From Paramecium tetraurelia (lineage: Eukaryota), in contig CT868074.1 of assembly GCA_000165425.1 (NCBI GenBank), positions 1 to 64,000 on the forward strand: a stretch of 64,000 nucleotides of DNA, written 5' to 3'. Every line of letters begins with the position of its first letter. The first letter of the stretch is position 1. Of this stretch, positions 13,924 to 28,000 are shown one piece after another. The notes under the pieces were generated by a model. It was not told the origin of the DNA. It saw nothing but the letters and a program-made list of their open reading frames with translations, and ran no database searches. The translations under genes were made by a program, and so were the position numbers.

Positions 13924-14100
13924 AAAATACCCTTGTGTGAAGTATTCACTTCGAAACTAAGCTTAGCATAAAAGGTATATCCAGCTAAATTATTAATCTA
14001 TAAAATAGTATAATTTAATCGAACCGTTGGGCCGTTCGGCCCAAAGCNNNNNNNNNNNNNNNNNNNNNNNNNNNNNNNNNNNNNNNNATCCTTAAGTATT
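13924..14100. ncRNA. Candidate structured non-coding RNA, interrupted by an assembly gap
   Basis: Intergenic. Hairpins TTGGGCC-GTTC-GGCCCAA (14028-14044), GAAGT-ATTC-ACTTC and CTAAGCTTAG. On the minus strand an 8-bp closing stem ATACCTTT/AAGGGTAT runs into a TTTT tract. No known family recognised. Confidence 0.35.
14048..14087. other. Assembly gap (40 N)
   Basis: N run directly after a GC-rich hairpin. Confidence 1.
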
Positions 14101-14277
14101 TAAAAAAATTTTTAGTTCTACCCTTTTCTATTTAGTGATTATTTTATTCAATATTATTCTTCAATGATTTTATCTAAGTAAAATAATAAAGAGATTAATC
14201 AAAAAAGATTATCATGTATTGGATACTTAAATGTTAAAGATGTAATTATAGTTAAATAATAATATCATTTTATATTT

Positions 14278-15445
14278 ATGGGTAACTCTTAGAGGAAGTC
14301 TGACTATGGGGACATTGCAATAAGAACAGAATAGCCTTTTTATTTTGCAGGTGACTTGGCTAGAGGTATATAATTAATATAATTTTAGGTAATATATATT
14401 TGAACATTTGCAAAACAGGCTATAAAGGAAATATCATTGAATTTACAATTGTAGGAAAAGAGAAAACTGAATGGGATGAGGGAAGTGGTGACGAGCAAAG
14501 AACTTATAGAGGGAAAAACAAATTCTATTCTTAATCAATTCCCATTTACACATTCTAAAATTAAATAGCTGAAATTGGGTAATATGTTTTTCCTTTTCAA
14601 TTTTAACTACATCCTTAAATTCCTGGATCGTTTGATTATAAAGGGCTTCATGATAGTGGCTATATAACCTACAAAGTTAAAGCAAAATTTAAATCATCAG
14701 AACCAAATAAACCAAGCATTAGAAACAAATAGGAATTCCTAGTTAGAGAACCAATTAAATAAGAGGTGATTGGGTAGCAGTAAGAAAGAATGAATAACAT
14801 TTATGTTTGTTGTTGTATTAATAAAGGGGTATTTATAAGAGCATAATAATTATGAAGACCTCGAGAGTAAAGAGTTTCTGTGATAAGAATCATTATCTGC
14901 AAGGAGATACTGCTAAATTGACTCTTGAGATAGATAATTCGAATTGCAATTTGAACATTGAATATTTTGATATTGAATTGTTAAAAGAGTTGATATTAAG
15001 GGCAAATGCTAATTCACATAAATATACACAAAGGATACTAACTTAAAGAATTCCAGGAATTTAAGCTGGATTTAAGCAAATTGGATCCGAAAGCAGAATT
15101 ATTGAAATAATTCTGATGAATCAAAAAAGACCTTAACTTGTATTAACTCCGACAACTAATGGCAAAATTGTGAATCAATAATATTATCTAAAGATTTCTC
15201 CTAAATTTTAAGGTTTCTTTCATTGATATTTATAAGGTTGTATTTGTTGTTCGGCAATACCAGTTATATAGTTCTAGATAGTAATGTTGTATCTAATTCC
15301 GCCTGATTACATTTAACCACTTCAGTAACCCTCTGATTGGAATCCTTAAACATTTGATCCTGTTTTGATAAAATTTGATCAGTAGCATTAGATGAACATT
15401 ACAAATAATATGTAATAAAATGGTCCTTTTATGAATAAATAGTGA
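14278..15445 (+). CDS. Alpha-arrestin (arrestin N and C domains), 363 aa
   Basis: MGNS..FYFAGDLARGNIYL..GKEKTEW..GQYVFPFQFQLHPQIPGSF..GYITYKVKAK..DKNHYLQGDTAKLTLEIDN..LTPTTNGKIV..PPDY. Introns of 23, 29 and 24 nt. TGA at 15443-15445. Confidence 0.92.
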
Positions 15446-15589
15446 TTCAAGTTTAAAATAAATAATTTATATGATAAAAATAGTTTATACTCATTTAATT
15501 TGAATCGATTAATAATTACTATGCATTGATTAAACAAACAGAATGTCTAAATTAACTCTACGACAGAAACGTAATTGAGAAATTAAAAG

Positions 15590-15800
15590 TTAAATAAAAG
15601 ATGAGGAAGTTTGTGCAAAATATTTGAAAGGGCCATGATAAAGAAATTCAAATTCTAAAACTGCTTAAATCTCACTAAATGGCATAATTAAAACTCCATT
15701 TCTTCTCTGTCCTAGTCTGCGAAAATAAAAAATAACAAATAATAATCGTTACAAATAGGATTATGGATTGAATAGATGTGATATGTTTTTAAGAATAGAT
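15590..15800 (+). pseudogene. Short WD40 gene remnant
   Basis: LK/GHDKEIQILK motif broken by a frameshift; no open frame. Confidence 0.35.
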
Positions 15801-15868
15801 AGGAAGCAAGTTTAATTTTGAAAGTTAAGATATTATTAACTCACATTTATTTATAATCACTTTATATT

Positions 15869-17970
15869 ATGAATGATTATAATTATATAATTTAAATTTT
15901 AAATTATTATTAATTATAATTCTATTTGAGAGTATAGTTATTTTTTTCTTCAATTGAATAATCTATCCATGTCAATAAACAATTCCCTTAATAGATTGAA
16001 ATAACTAAGGATTCATCCATTTTCGCATTTGGGGTTAAAGACTAGATGCTAAAATTTTATTAAATGAAAAACTTGAAAATGATCTCATAAAATTTTGTTC
16101 AATCAACTTGGATTTATCAACTAGATTTTGCTAAACGATCAAATTAATTAATAACAACATTTGAGAAAAATAGAAAAGATACCATCTAATTCTATTCAAT
16201 AGTTAATTTAAACTGTTGTAAGAGACTCTATGAAATTCGAATAAATTTGCTTTATTCAATAAAACTTAGTTATGATGAAAATTTAATCATAATTGGAGGA
16301 TCTGATTCAATTGATTTATTTAAAAATAAATAAGCAGTATGGTAAAAAACTTAATCAATAGAATTGCCAAATTGTTATGCGAAGGATTTAGATATAAATT
16401 AAGAATCCTCTATTTTAATAACTCTATCTGAGGAGTCAAAAAAAATATTTATACTTAATCAATCAGGCTTTAAATGGGAAATAGTTTAGGAAATAAAAAA
16501 TAAGGATTTTGGGAGAAAACTGTGTTTTATTACTAATGAATCATTCGTTGTGACTTTTTAATTTAACGGTATCCTTTTTTATTAATTCAACACTACAGAC
16601 TTAAAATTTTAAATGACTAAATAGATCTTAATTTAGAAATATTCATTAGAGGAATGCAAATTCTTAAAGTTTATTCAATCATAATAATTACTCTTACTTT
16701 AATATGGTTGTTATTGCAACTTCATTCAATTTAAAGACAAAGAATTAAATACAGTTGAATATAAGTGCAATATCGAATAGGGATCCATTAGACTAGTTTA
16801 AATCAGTGATGATGGAAATTATTTAGTTACAGTTAATCGGGATAATCAACTTGATTTAAGAAGATAAACTTATCCGAATTTCAATTTTAATCTTGTTCAT
16901 TCTTTTCCTTAAATTAATTAACCAACAGGAATGGTAACTAATCACGATGCATCAATATTGGTACTAACTTATAAAGGATAATTTCAAGTATTAAAGAAGG
17001 ATTGTTAACAATTTAATGTAATTTAAATAACAGATTTGCAAGATTTAAATTGCTCTTGCTTATATTTTATGAAAAACTCAAATCAATTTATAATAGGTAG
17101 CATAGATGATGAAATAACAATTTGGCTTTGGAATTCAATCGAATAGCAATATAAACAATAAACCAAAATAATTGGCCCATCATTTTTCATTATTATGAAT
17201 CCGATCGAGGATTTATTAATTTTTGCGAAAGATCGGTATTTAACTTTTTGGGAAAAGAAGTAGGATGGATTTAGCATGGTTTAGATATTAAGGAAATCTG
17301 AATATGTGCATTCTTAGTTAAGTATAAATGAATCTGGAACAAAACTATGTGCAGTTTAATATGATTGCTCTATTGTTATTATTATTTAAGAAGTTAATTG
17401 GAAATTGAAAAGAAAATGGATGTTTCATTCTAAAATTAAAACAGATGCTATTGGAATCTAATCTGCACTTCTTACAGAGACAAAACTCTTGATAAAATAA
17501 AAGAACATATCACTTTTAGATCTATATGAACTTAACAATGATAATAATTTGCTTATTAAAATTAAATAAACTTAATTAATTTAGAATATAGTTGATGATC
17601 AAATTTAATTTTTGCAAAGTTTATTTCATAAAATAATGATGTGAGTAAGATTTATGATAATTTTCAGAAAAGATAATTGCAATTTAACAAGTTAAAATCG
17701 ATTTTAGTGATTTAAAATAATAATGAAATCTACCTAGCTGAATATGATCAATGTAGTAATATANNNNNNNNNNNNNNNNNNNNNNNNNNNNNNNNNNNNN
17801 NNNNNNNNNNNNNNNNNNNNNNNNNNNNNNNNNNNNNNNNNNNNNNNNNNNNNNNNNNNNNNNNNNNNNNNNNNNNNNNNNNNNNNNNNNNNNNNNNNNN
17901 NNNNNNNNNNNNNACATATTACAATGAGAAAAACCAATTAAATATTTTTTAAATTCTTACTTAATCAAAT
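15869..17970 (+). CDS. Divergent tandem WD40/beta-propeller protein (3' end approximate; spans gap)
   Basis: Long code-6 frame from ATG 15869. ISDDGNYLVTV and FMKNSNQFIIGSIDDEITIWLW. Probable A-run frameshift at ~17631. After the gap it reads TYYNEKNQLNIFKF. Confidence 0.7.
17764..17913. other. Assembly gap (150 N)
   Basis: N run. Confidence 1.
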
Positions 17971-19019
17971 CTATCCAATTTACATAATTAATTTTATTAT
18001 ATTTAATATTACGTATTTATAATTCATCCATTTTTATTTCTATAGGTAAAGTAATTACTTCATAATTTTATATATAACGATGATATTCATTATTATAAGG
18101 GATTTAGGAGTATTTTTAGATATTATCATTAGCCACAATCCATTACCCAACCTTATATCATCTTCACTTTAATCCACTAATTTCTTTGAAAAAAACTTAT
18201 CACAAGGAAGGCAAATACTAAAATTGGAAAACCAAAAATAATAAACTTATTATAAAGTAAAAAAACTAATTAATTGATTTTTTTAATATAGTATGTGCAT
18301 TTTTATAGGATTAAAGAATCATAAATGAAATAACGATATGAAATGCATTTTGAGCCTTCACAGCTCTAATAATTCTATTGTCGATCATTTTCCTGTTTGG
18401 AGAATCTATTAAACCTTCATCTCTTTTGAAATTTTCTTAAATTAATGCAGTTGTTAGAATTTTAAGAAAAATCATAGGTAAATAGTAATAGTTTCTAAAG
18501 ATTAAAAGGACAGTAGTATAATGAATAAATGAGTTAAATACTAAATTGTGATCTATCTCAATAATATAAAGAAACAATGAACAATATAAATTTTGATGCT
18601 CATATTAAATAATTATATTTCACATAAAATCAAATTATTTTAAATATTTCCTGAAATTATATATTTATTATCAGTTTTACAAGTTACTAATATGAAATAC
18701 TGTTTATTTAAGTACAAAACTAATAAAGAACTATGATTCTACTTGCTAAATAAAGATTGTTGATTAGTTGGTTATTAATACTCGAATAAATTAACAATCT
18801 TAAAGGGCAAATAGTTGAAGAAATTTTCATAAAAACGATATTAAATTTACTAATAATATTATTATACTACCATTCCGATTTTGTCATTAATCTTTGAGAA
18901 ATTACTACCCTAAATTAATATTAGTATTAAATTGAATTTTAAGTATATTTAAGGAATATTCAAATTGATTCTTTAATTAATTCACTATTTTTTATAATAA
19001 AAACATCGAATAGACATTA

Positions 19020-22000
19020 ATGCTTATAAACATTTTTGACTTAATGCTCTTCATCTTATTATTTTAGTAAGCACATTATACTTATTATAGATGTGTACAT
19101 AATTATTGCTAATTTTCAACCTTCATGCCTCTCTTAAGTAAAAGCAACAACTAATTTTCTATCGAAGAAGCCTTACCTTAAGATATCATTTAAGGCAGGA
19201 CGAATAAAGGATTTGGAGTTTGGATGAATTATTAACCATTGACATAAATAAGTGAGCTATGTAAAGACAGAATTTATCATATTCTAGCTAATAGGGTCTC
19301 CTAGGATTCCAGTAGATTGAACGAATAAATTATTATAGAAGGAGGTCAATTTATTTATTCAATAGAGCAAAGCAATGATAAGTTTACATGGTTGGTTGTA
19401 TCTGCTGATATAGATTCAAATAAGTAAATAATTAACCACAAAGTGTTTTACTCTTTTAAGACTTCAATAAATACTTTATCCTTTGAATTTGATAATTTTT
19501 TATATGAAGGGTAATGGATATTGTTTTATTGTTATTTTGACAATATTTAAAAATAAACTGTTATAGGATTTTACAATTCTAGAGAAGCTTTATCGATTTA
19601 GGTTATAAAAGATTTACCAGAATACGTTTAAAAATTAAACCATAAGGTGGGAAATGTTTATTCATATAAAAATGAAGATGGTAATTTGATATTGTTAAGC
19701 CAATTCAAGGGCCCTCTCACTAGTACTTTTTCTGCTGACTCATTGAACGTTTTCTTAGATATAGACTCATGTGCTTCAAATTTTTATGAATATACATATT
19801 GCTATGGGATGAGTTATTAAATAGGTGGAAATAATCAATAAATGGATGGAAGTCATTATCTTAAAATAACCACAGAAGAAAATGATGCACCAAAATATGT
19901 TTTTAAAGGTTGGGTTATGTTAGCATAAAGCATATAAATCTTTTTGGAGACCACAATTTTTAGAATAACGGTGAATTCAGATTATGGAGATGACGTTAAG
20001 ATTGGAGATAGAGATCTACTGTTAAAGTATTTTTAGAGTAATGTACCTGCTGAGAATGGGTTTGAAATATCAACTTATACATATTAGTTTCCTATAAAAA
20101 AGAGATACAAGACAAATGAAGATGATCGAATTCGATAATTTGGAGACGAGTATTCAGTGTTGTTTATACAATGGCATTATTTTGTATATGAAATAGGAAC
20201 AATAAATAATAATGAATAGCCAATCTTTTCTATCTTTTTTCCTTCAATCAATTAGGTTCGCTCTTTTACTTGGAGTAAAACAATACGACATTTCTCTGGA
20301 ACTTAATTTTATGTTTTCTTAGGAGGTGATGATTACAATACAAATTATTTAAACGGATTTATTAGTGACGTTTCCTTAGATCTATTATGTGATCCATATG
20401 TAGATGTCAACACATTTACATGTCATTATTCTTGTTTGACATGTGATGGACCAACTAAATATAACTGTCTAACCTGTCCTGAGTAAAGCTTTAGACAACT
20501 TTCACAAAAAGAAAAAACTTGTGCTTGTTAATAAAGATATGTGGATAAAGATTAAGTTTAAGAATGCTAATCCGTGACTAAAGCATTTCCTCAGATATAG
20601 ATTTAAGAAGTAGAACTAAGTTGTTAGCAAATAGGCTATAGCAATTGCAATTCGGATAATATAGAATGCAACTTTGGCTATTTTTAATATTAAAATAATT
20701 GCGTATAATGGTATTTATGTAGTTACTATTAAGCCCCTTTAATTATGAAATCAATTAAGGTACATAAATGACTTGTTTAGATTGTTTGGTAGCACCAAAA
20801 TAATTTAGTATAACATTAACATGTAAAATGATGGCAATAACTTATAAATAAAATTAGAACTATGTGTTTTAAGTAAAATAAAGACACCAAAATGATTATC
20901 TATTTTATAACATGGTAACAAATGTAGATGGAATTCGCCAGCTTAAATTGTGTCAAGGTTGCGTTAGTTATCAAACATGCAAAGATGGCTACTATCTTAA
21001 AGATTAAGAATGTAAGCCTTGTATACTTGGATGCAAGACATGTTCGAATTCATTTGAATGTTCAAATTGCTTTTCCAATTATTATAAAGGTAAAGACAAA
21101 TTATGTTTTTAATGTGGTAATTGCTTAACTTGCTATACTTACAATGATGCATCTTATTTTTGTACTAGTTGCTAAGAGAATTCAATAAAAATTAATAACC
21201 AATGCAGTTCTTGTGGGGATTTTTGTCAGTAGTGTGATCAATCCAGATTCTGTAATTATTGCAAAGGATCACCATCGTAATATTATTTATCGATGGATGG
21301 GTAGAATTGCAGTTAATGTAAAATAGAAAATTGCATATACTGCTTTGATTATATTCTTAATGGTGGTCTATTACAAACAACTTTAGATATCAATTTTAAA
21401 GTATATAATTACAATTAAAGTTAAGTAAAGGTAGGGTGTGCTTTATGTAAAGAGAATTATCATTACAATTAAAATAATCAAAAGTGTGAATTAAAACAAG
21501 AAAATGACGATTGTTAAAATGCCATCATCTAAAATGAGGATTTAAAGAAAACTTGTCTAATTAGTAAAACCAGTCAAGATGCCGTTTAAGTATCGGATTG
21601 CATAGCGATTCCAAACTGTGTCTCATGTATTCACAATTACTTTGATAGTGATTCATTTTGTATAGTATGCGAGGACGGATATTATTCAGCACTCCTAACA
21701 GGTTAATGCATTTAATGTGGCTAGAGCTGCAAGACTTGCATTTAATAGAATAGCAAGTATAGAGATTATTGGAAATGGAGCATTAAGGCATTTTATAAAT
21801 TTGTTATTAATCATAATAATGATCATCCATTTGAAAATTATGCTTCAACTAATTCTGAATCAGATTTGAGTTTAGTATGCAAATCATGTCACTATGGTTA
21901 TATTTTATATGAATAACAATGTATAAAAGATTGTGATTAAACTTGCAATAAATGTGAAATTATTAATGGTAAAGCAACCTGTATTTAATGTTTGGAAACA

Positions 22001-25000
22001 ATTTCTGGTTTTATGAAAAGTTAGAATGAAAATGGGATTTGTCTGCAATGCCCGGCTAATTGTAGAGCATGTATGGATAGAAGCGAATCAGAAATATTAC
22101 AAGTTAATCCTTACTTTCTTTTAACCGAATAAAATAAATATTTGACTAGAATATGTTATGAAAAATCATAAGTTAAGAATGCACTAGAAAAATATTACTA
22201 AGATTCATTGACTTAAACCATTGTAGTTTGTAACAAATATGAATAATGTTATAACAAAATTGTTATTAGTTAAAACATTTATTGCCATCCTACATATTAT
22301 AATGAATAAAAATATGAATCAGGTGATTAATACTTTGAGAGAAAGAATATTCTTATTTTCAGATTTTTTGATTTTTGGTATTAAAGTGAATAAGAGTCCA
22401 CTTAACTTTTTGATTATCTTAATGATATTTCAGCAAGACAAATTTAATTTGAATATACTATAATTTAATCTGTTGATGAACCATGCTAATTTCGAGATTA
22501 AATAGAGGTTTTGTCTTCATTAGCTTAATAAGTTTTCTCAGTGCAATAAATGGACATTAAATTTAAGGGAAAATATGTATTATCAACCAATCCAATAAAT
22601 CTCTTGGTGCCTACTCAACTAATTATTAGTAACTTTACAACCATAAGTTTTGAAAATATCAACTTCTAATTTAGGAACAATGAAAATTCATAAACCAAAA
22701 ATTACATCTTTTCTCTAAATAATTTAAAAAACAAAATGACTTTGAATCTTAAAGACTGCAAATTTGAAAGTATAGGTGCTAAAAAATCTGGATAGATTTT
22801 TAAATTTGAGTCGAATATTCCTTATTCCCTTTACATAACAAACTTTGTAATTAGCAATATTAAACTGGAATAATCCAATATTTTTACTTTTATTTCCCCA
22901 AAAACTCATTCTAAAAATCAGATTCAAATATTTAATATGACAATTGTAAATTCTATATTTACTTATTCAACCATTTTCACATTCTTAGCAAATAATAATA
23001 ACCTCCAATATAAATCCAGCCTAAAAAATATAAGTATTATTGATTCTACATTCATATTCTCTAAATTTTTCATTTGCAGTGGCGTATTGGATTATACGAT
23101 TGGTACTTTACAAATTCATTAAACGTCTTTGCAAAACGTTTAGATTTTGAATAATTCAATTATTTTTTTCGTTCCAATTATGGAATCAGTTCTTGTTTCT
23201 AAGCTGATTTTATCAAATTCTCAATTAAAAGGCAACTCTCAATTCTATTCAAGCAATGTGATCAATCTATAGGATTGCCTTATAAATCAAACGCTTATAG
23301 AATCAAGTAGTTTAATTCATAATAAAGTTGATTATACTAAATCTTAAGTGGCTTTAAATTAGTCAAAGAAAATCCTCATTAAAAACTTTTAAGTATTACA
23401 CACTAATTATACTAATAAATAGCAAATCATAACGATTGTGAAGTATGCTGAAATAGATAAATTGATGTTTAATTTAACAAATTTCATAATGTAGGATTGC
23501 ATATCTAGCACGCAATTATAGAATACATAGGTTTCTTTTGATTAAGTCATGATATATATTGAATGTTAACTTTGTTATTTAGAAGAAATTTAAATACAGA
23601 GAGGATATGGATTCCCTGAAATGACCATTCTTAATTCAGAGACACTAGAGATAAGAAATTTTTAATTCTCCTAAAATCAAAAATATTTTTCAAAAGTCTT
23701 ACATTCATCTTTAGATTGTGTATCATAATTCACTATTATGGAACTATATTTCTTTCTTTATGTGGGTTAATATCAAAGCATTGTTATTCATAATTTAAAC
23801 GTACTAAACTGTTTAAGTTTCAATTCCCCCTTGATTATTTTAAAAGGTTATGATTTAATGTAAAAAATAGTGGATGAAACAATTCATGTGTAGGAATCCT
23901 AGTTTAATTCAAATTTATTAATAATTTCAACCCCTAATAAAAATACAGCCCTAATTTCCCTTGAATCAAAATAAAAAGGATTCATAACTTTTATCAATAC
24001 AAGCTTTTTCAACAACCATCTAAATTAATATTATTAAGCTTTGTCTTAGATTTCTTCCACTACTTTATTGTTACTTATAAAATTTGGAAGTGTTATCTTA
24101 AAAGGTTGTTAATTTTATTAGAACTTGGCAACAAACTCAACTGATTCAATTCTGCACATTGATTCAGAAAAGTTATATGTTCAGGATTCCAATTTTAAAA
24201 ACAACAACATTATGAATTACACATTACTGAGTAGATATACGATATTATCAAGCACTTAAGATACATCTGCAATTAACCTTCAATTGATATTTCCAATTAA
24301 ATCAAGCAGCGGCAATGGTATGATTATTTCAAATTCAATAGAGATTGAAAATATATAGGTAGACTCCTCTTTTTCTATTTACGGAGGAGGTTTTTATATA
24401 ATTACATCTGGAATTAGCATTATTAATATTAAAAATTCAGAATTTTCAAATACTAAAACAACGCTATCCTCCTTGTATTTTTCAAAAGGTGGCTGTTTTT
24501 ATATTGATGCATGTTAATCAACATTAACTCTAAAGATTAAGAATGTTACATTCGATACATCATTAAGCAGATACGATGGTGGTGCAATTTATATAAATCC
24601 GTCTGAAATTTCTAATATAATTGAGTTTGATTAATTATTTGTAAAGGATTGCTTTTCCATATCAAATTAATTTTTCTCATATGTTCTCTCCAAAAAAGAT
24701 ACCGTTTAATCATAGATAGTTTTTAAAAATATAGAATTCCTTTCAACAAAAGAAGGACTCGAAAATTTTTATTCATAAATAGATGGTATCACTGATGATG
24801 ATGCTTACAACATAATTCAATCAAATCCTTTGATTTTTGTTCAATTTGGAAATTTTAGCTTATATAATTGTAAATTCAAATCCATTTATATGTAATTTTT
24901 ACTTAAAATTGTACAAGCGTAAAACATATTGTTGTCAAATATAAAGATTACCAATTGCACAGTTGGATTTTCACCACTCTTCCAATTAAACTTAAGATAA

Positions 25001-28000
25001 TGTAATAATATTTTTGATATTCTTAGAATATGCTGGAAAATTATCAATATATGATCTTTAAATAACTTAAGTGGAACAATTTTCAATGACTGAAAAAAGA
25101 GAATGCCTACCAATGAATTCAGTATTTTTTTAGTAATTAGATTGTCCCCTCAAATTGACTCAATTAAATACTTAAATTACAGAACATATTAATAATTAAT
25201 AAATTTTAAATCAATTAATTTGTAATTAAGCTAAAATTTTTAAGGATCCCTCATTTACATTTAGTTTAATTGAAATTGAATAAATTAGTGTTGTGCACAA
25301 ATTAAAAATTGAGAAAATTGATATTAGAGGTGCAGAATGTACAAAATGTTAATTTGGTTTGATTAGAATTGCTGAAATCGAACAATTAGATACAGAAAAT
25401 ATTAAGCTTTCTTAAATTTTGATAAAAAATAGTAACTGTGGAAGGAATGGTTGTCTTTCAATATCTAAAAATAAAAATGACTTACTTATTTAAAACCCTG
25501 CACTAAATTATAGAATGTTGTAATAACACAATTACGAAAAACTTTTAAATAACATGAAATATTAGTTGATTATAAAATAAAGTTAATTTCTCAATAACTC
25601 TGCATCCTATGGAGGTCCACTTTTGATAATTGGAATTAATGCTATAATAAAAGATTGCATTTTTAAAAATAATGTTGCAGATTTTGGAGGTGCAATTTAT
25701 TATTCATCTGAGAAAGAAGAACTCTATATAGTGGATTCAAAAATTATTGAAAATAAAGCTGAAATTGCAGGAGGTATTTATCTAAGTTCTTAATCACTCC
25801 AGTTAACAAAGTAGTTAGATTTATAATTGGATTCTAACAATTCGACATTATATGGATCCAATGCTTTGCCGGGGGGAGCCCNNNNNNNNNNNNNNNNNNN
25901 NNNNNNNNNNNNNNNNNNNNNNNNNNNNNNNNNNNNNNNNNNNNNNNNNNNNNNNNNNNNNNNNNNNNNNNNNNNNNNNNNNNNNNNNNNNNNNNNNNNN
26001 NNNNNNNNNNNNNNNNNNNNNNNNNNNNNNNTAAAGCAATTGTTGAACAAATAATTATTAATCCATATAAGATTTTAGGTTCCTCTTCATTAAAGTATCA
26101 ATTAATATTACCTTCTGGAATAGCAATAACCAGTTACAGATACTTTGATCCAATCAAATCAGAGTTTATCCCTTATAATCTTACATTCAGGATCATTGCT
26201 TTAGATAAGTTTAAGGAATAAATTATGGGTTTGCCAGGATCTTATTGTACTTTATAACCAAAAGCCTTTAATTTAAGTTCTTAAAGAGAATAGTATAATG
26301 TCTAATATAGTCTATCCTAATATGATGTTGTATTTAACGAGACTACAGGGGATTATAATTTGGATAATCTAATCATTTACTTTAATCCTACTTATGAGTA
26401 GGATATTGCTCTTCGATTATCTATTTAATGCAATAGTGTTTCAGTTCCTTAATATAAAGAAAGTCCGCCGTTTTAAATTTATAATTATGTAAAAAATTAT
26501 AAATTATTTGTTGATATTCGGACATTTCCTTGTTAATTAGGAGAATTCTTAAATCAAACTTCTGGGGGATGTGTTCTATGCGACAGCTTTTAGAATTAAT
26601 ACTAAGTAACTTGGGCAGCGTAAAATTGTAGTTATAAAGATGATTCAAAAATTAAATCATTAGAATCAAGTATGATAGAACTAAGGGAACATTATTGGAG
26701 AGCATACTATTATAGTTAAACTATTGAACATTGTTATCATTTGGTGGAGAATTGTAAAGGCGGTTGGAGACCAGGAGATGAATCATGCATATAAGGACAC
26801 ATTGGAGCATTATGCGAATAGTGTGATTTATATGATTCTAGAGTGAGTGGATCTTACTCTGTAAGTTCCGCCTATTCATGTGGAAGTTGTGATTTAATAG
26901 CTTATAATGTAATGACGATAATATTTGTGAGCCCAGTGAGTAGCACGATAGAAATGATTGAAGAATTTGTAAAAGGTTTAAGCTTGAAAGCTTTTGGAGT
27001 TAGAGTAGCAATAAAAGAAGCTTAAACGGCTATTCTAATCAAAGTATTCACAAATTATCTTCAAATTATTTCGACCATTTCTACTTTTTAATTGCAAGTT
27101 CCAATTGGGATAGCTTCAGTTGTCAACACTGTTGGTAATCCTATTGAATCACTTGCTTATTCATTAGATTGCTTTTTAGCTTCGATCACAGATATTTTGA
27201 TAATATACTTCAGAATAATTTGGAGCCTGATTATGACTTCTACTTATATAACAGTTATTTTTAGTTTATTTGGAATTGCAATAATTATAAAGCAAATAAA
27301 GTTCAACTTTTCTTTTATTTCTACATCTTTGATATATTTATTCATATTTTTGTAGCCAAATTTGGTAGGAGGTATCGTTTCTTTATTATCTTACAGAAAG
27401 ATATCAGATGAATATTGGATTTAAGGGAATGTAGCCTATAGATACGACACAATTTTACATGCTAAATGGGTGATCACATTTTGCTTACCCTTATTATTCA
27501 CCTTTGGATGTATACTTCCTTGCTTTTTGTGGTATGGTGTCTATAAAAATAAGGACCACTTAGATTTTTCATCTGTAAGAAAGACTTGGGGATATTTGTA
27601 TAATGAATATCGGATTCATGCTTATTTTTGGGAAACCTTAAAGATAATGCAAAAAGAAATCATTATTATTGTTTTGGCCTATTATGATGATCATGTCCCA
27701 ATAAAAGCATCCTTAGTATTTCTTGTTTTATTTGGTTATACTTTTATAGCAATCAAACAGAAACCATACATGACTGGATAATTAAATCTAATTGACACCT
27801 AATCAACAGTCATTTGTGCCGTATCCATTATTTTAGCTAGTTCTATATACACAGCACAATAATAATAGCTGTATGAAATTGTATGGCCTTTTTATCTCAT
27901 AATTGGCTTTCTTAATGGCTTTTATATTCTTCGAATGTTAATATAGATTCTATTTGCTTATTTCAACAAGCTTAATGATAAAATAGATATTTTAAAAGAA

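Noticed and set aside
13879..13926. Telomerase RNA template (AAACCCAAAA plus a possible pseudoknot) or hammerhead ribozyme (CGAAAC)
   Set aside because: There is no CCCC template or upstream UGUCA in the visible sequence, and no CUGANGA core.
14015..14047. tRNA, suggested by GGTTCGATT on the minus strand
   Set aside because: No T-stem complement, acceptor stem or cloverleaf follows.
25868..25881. GC-rich run GCCGGGGGGAGCCC as a regulatory element
   Set aside because: It lies in frame within the CDS at a contig edge and may be low-quality sequence.
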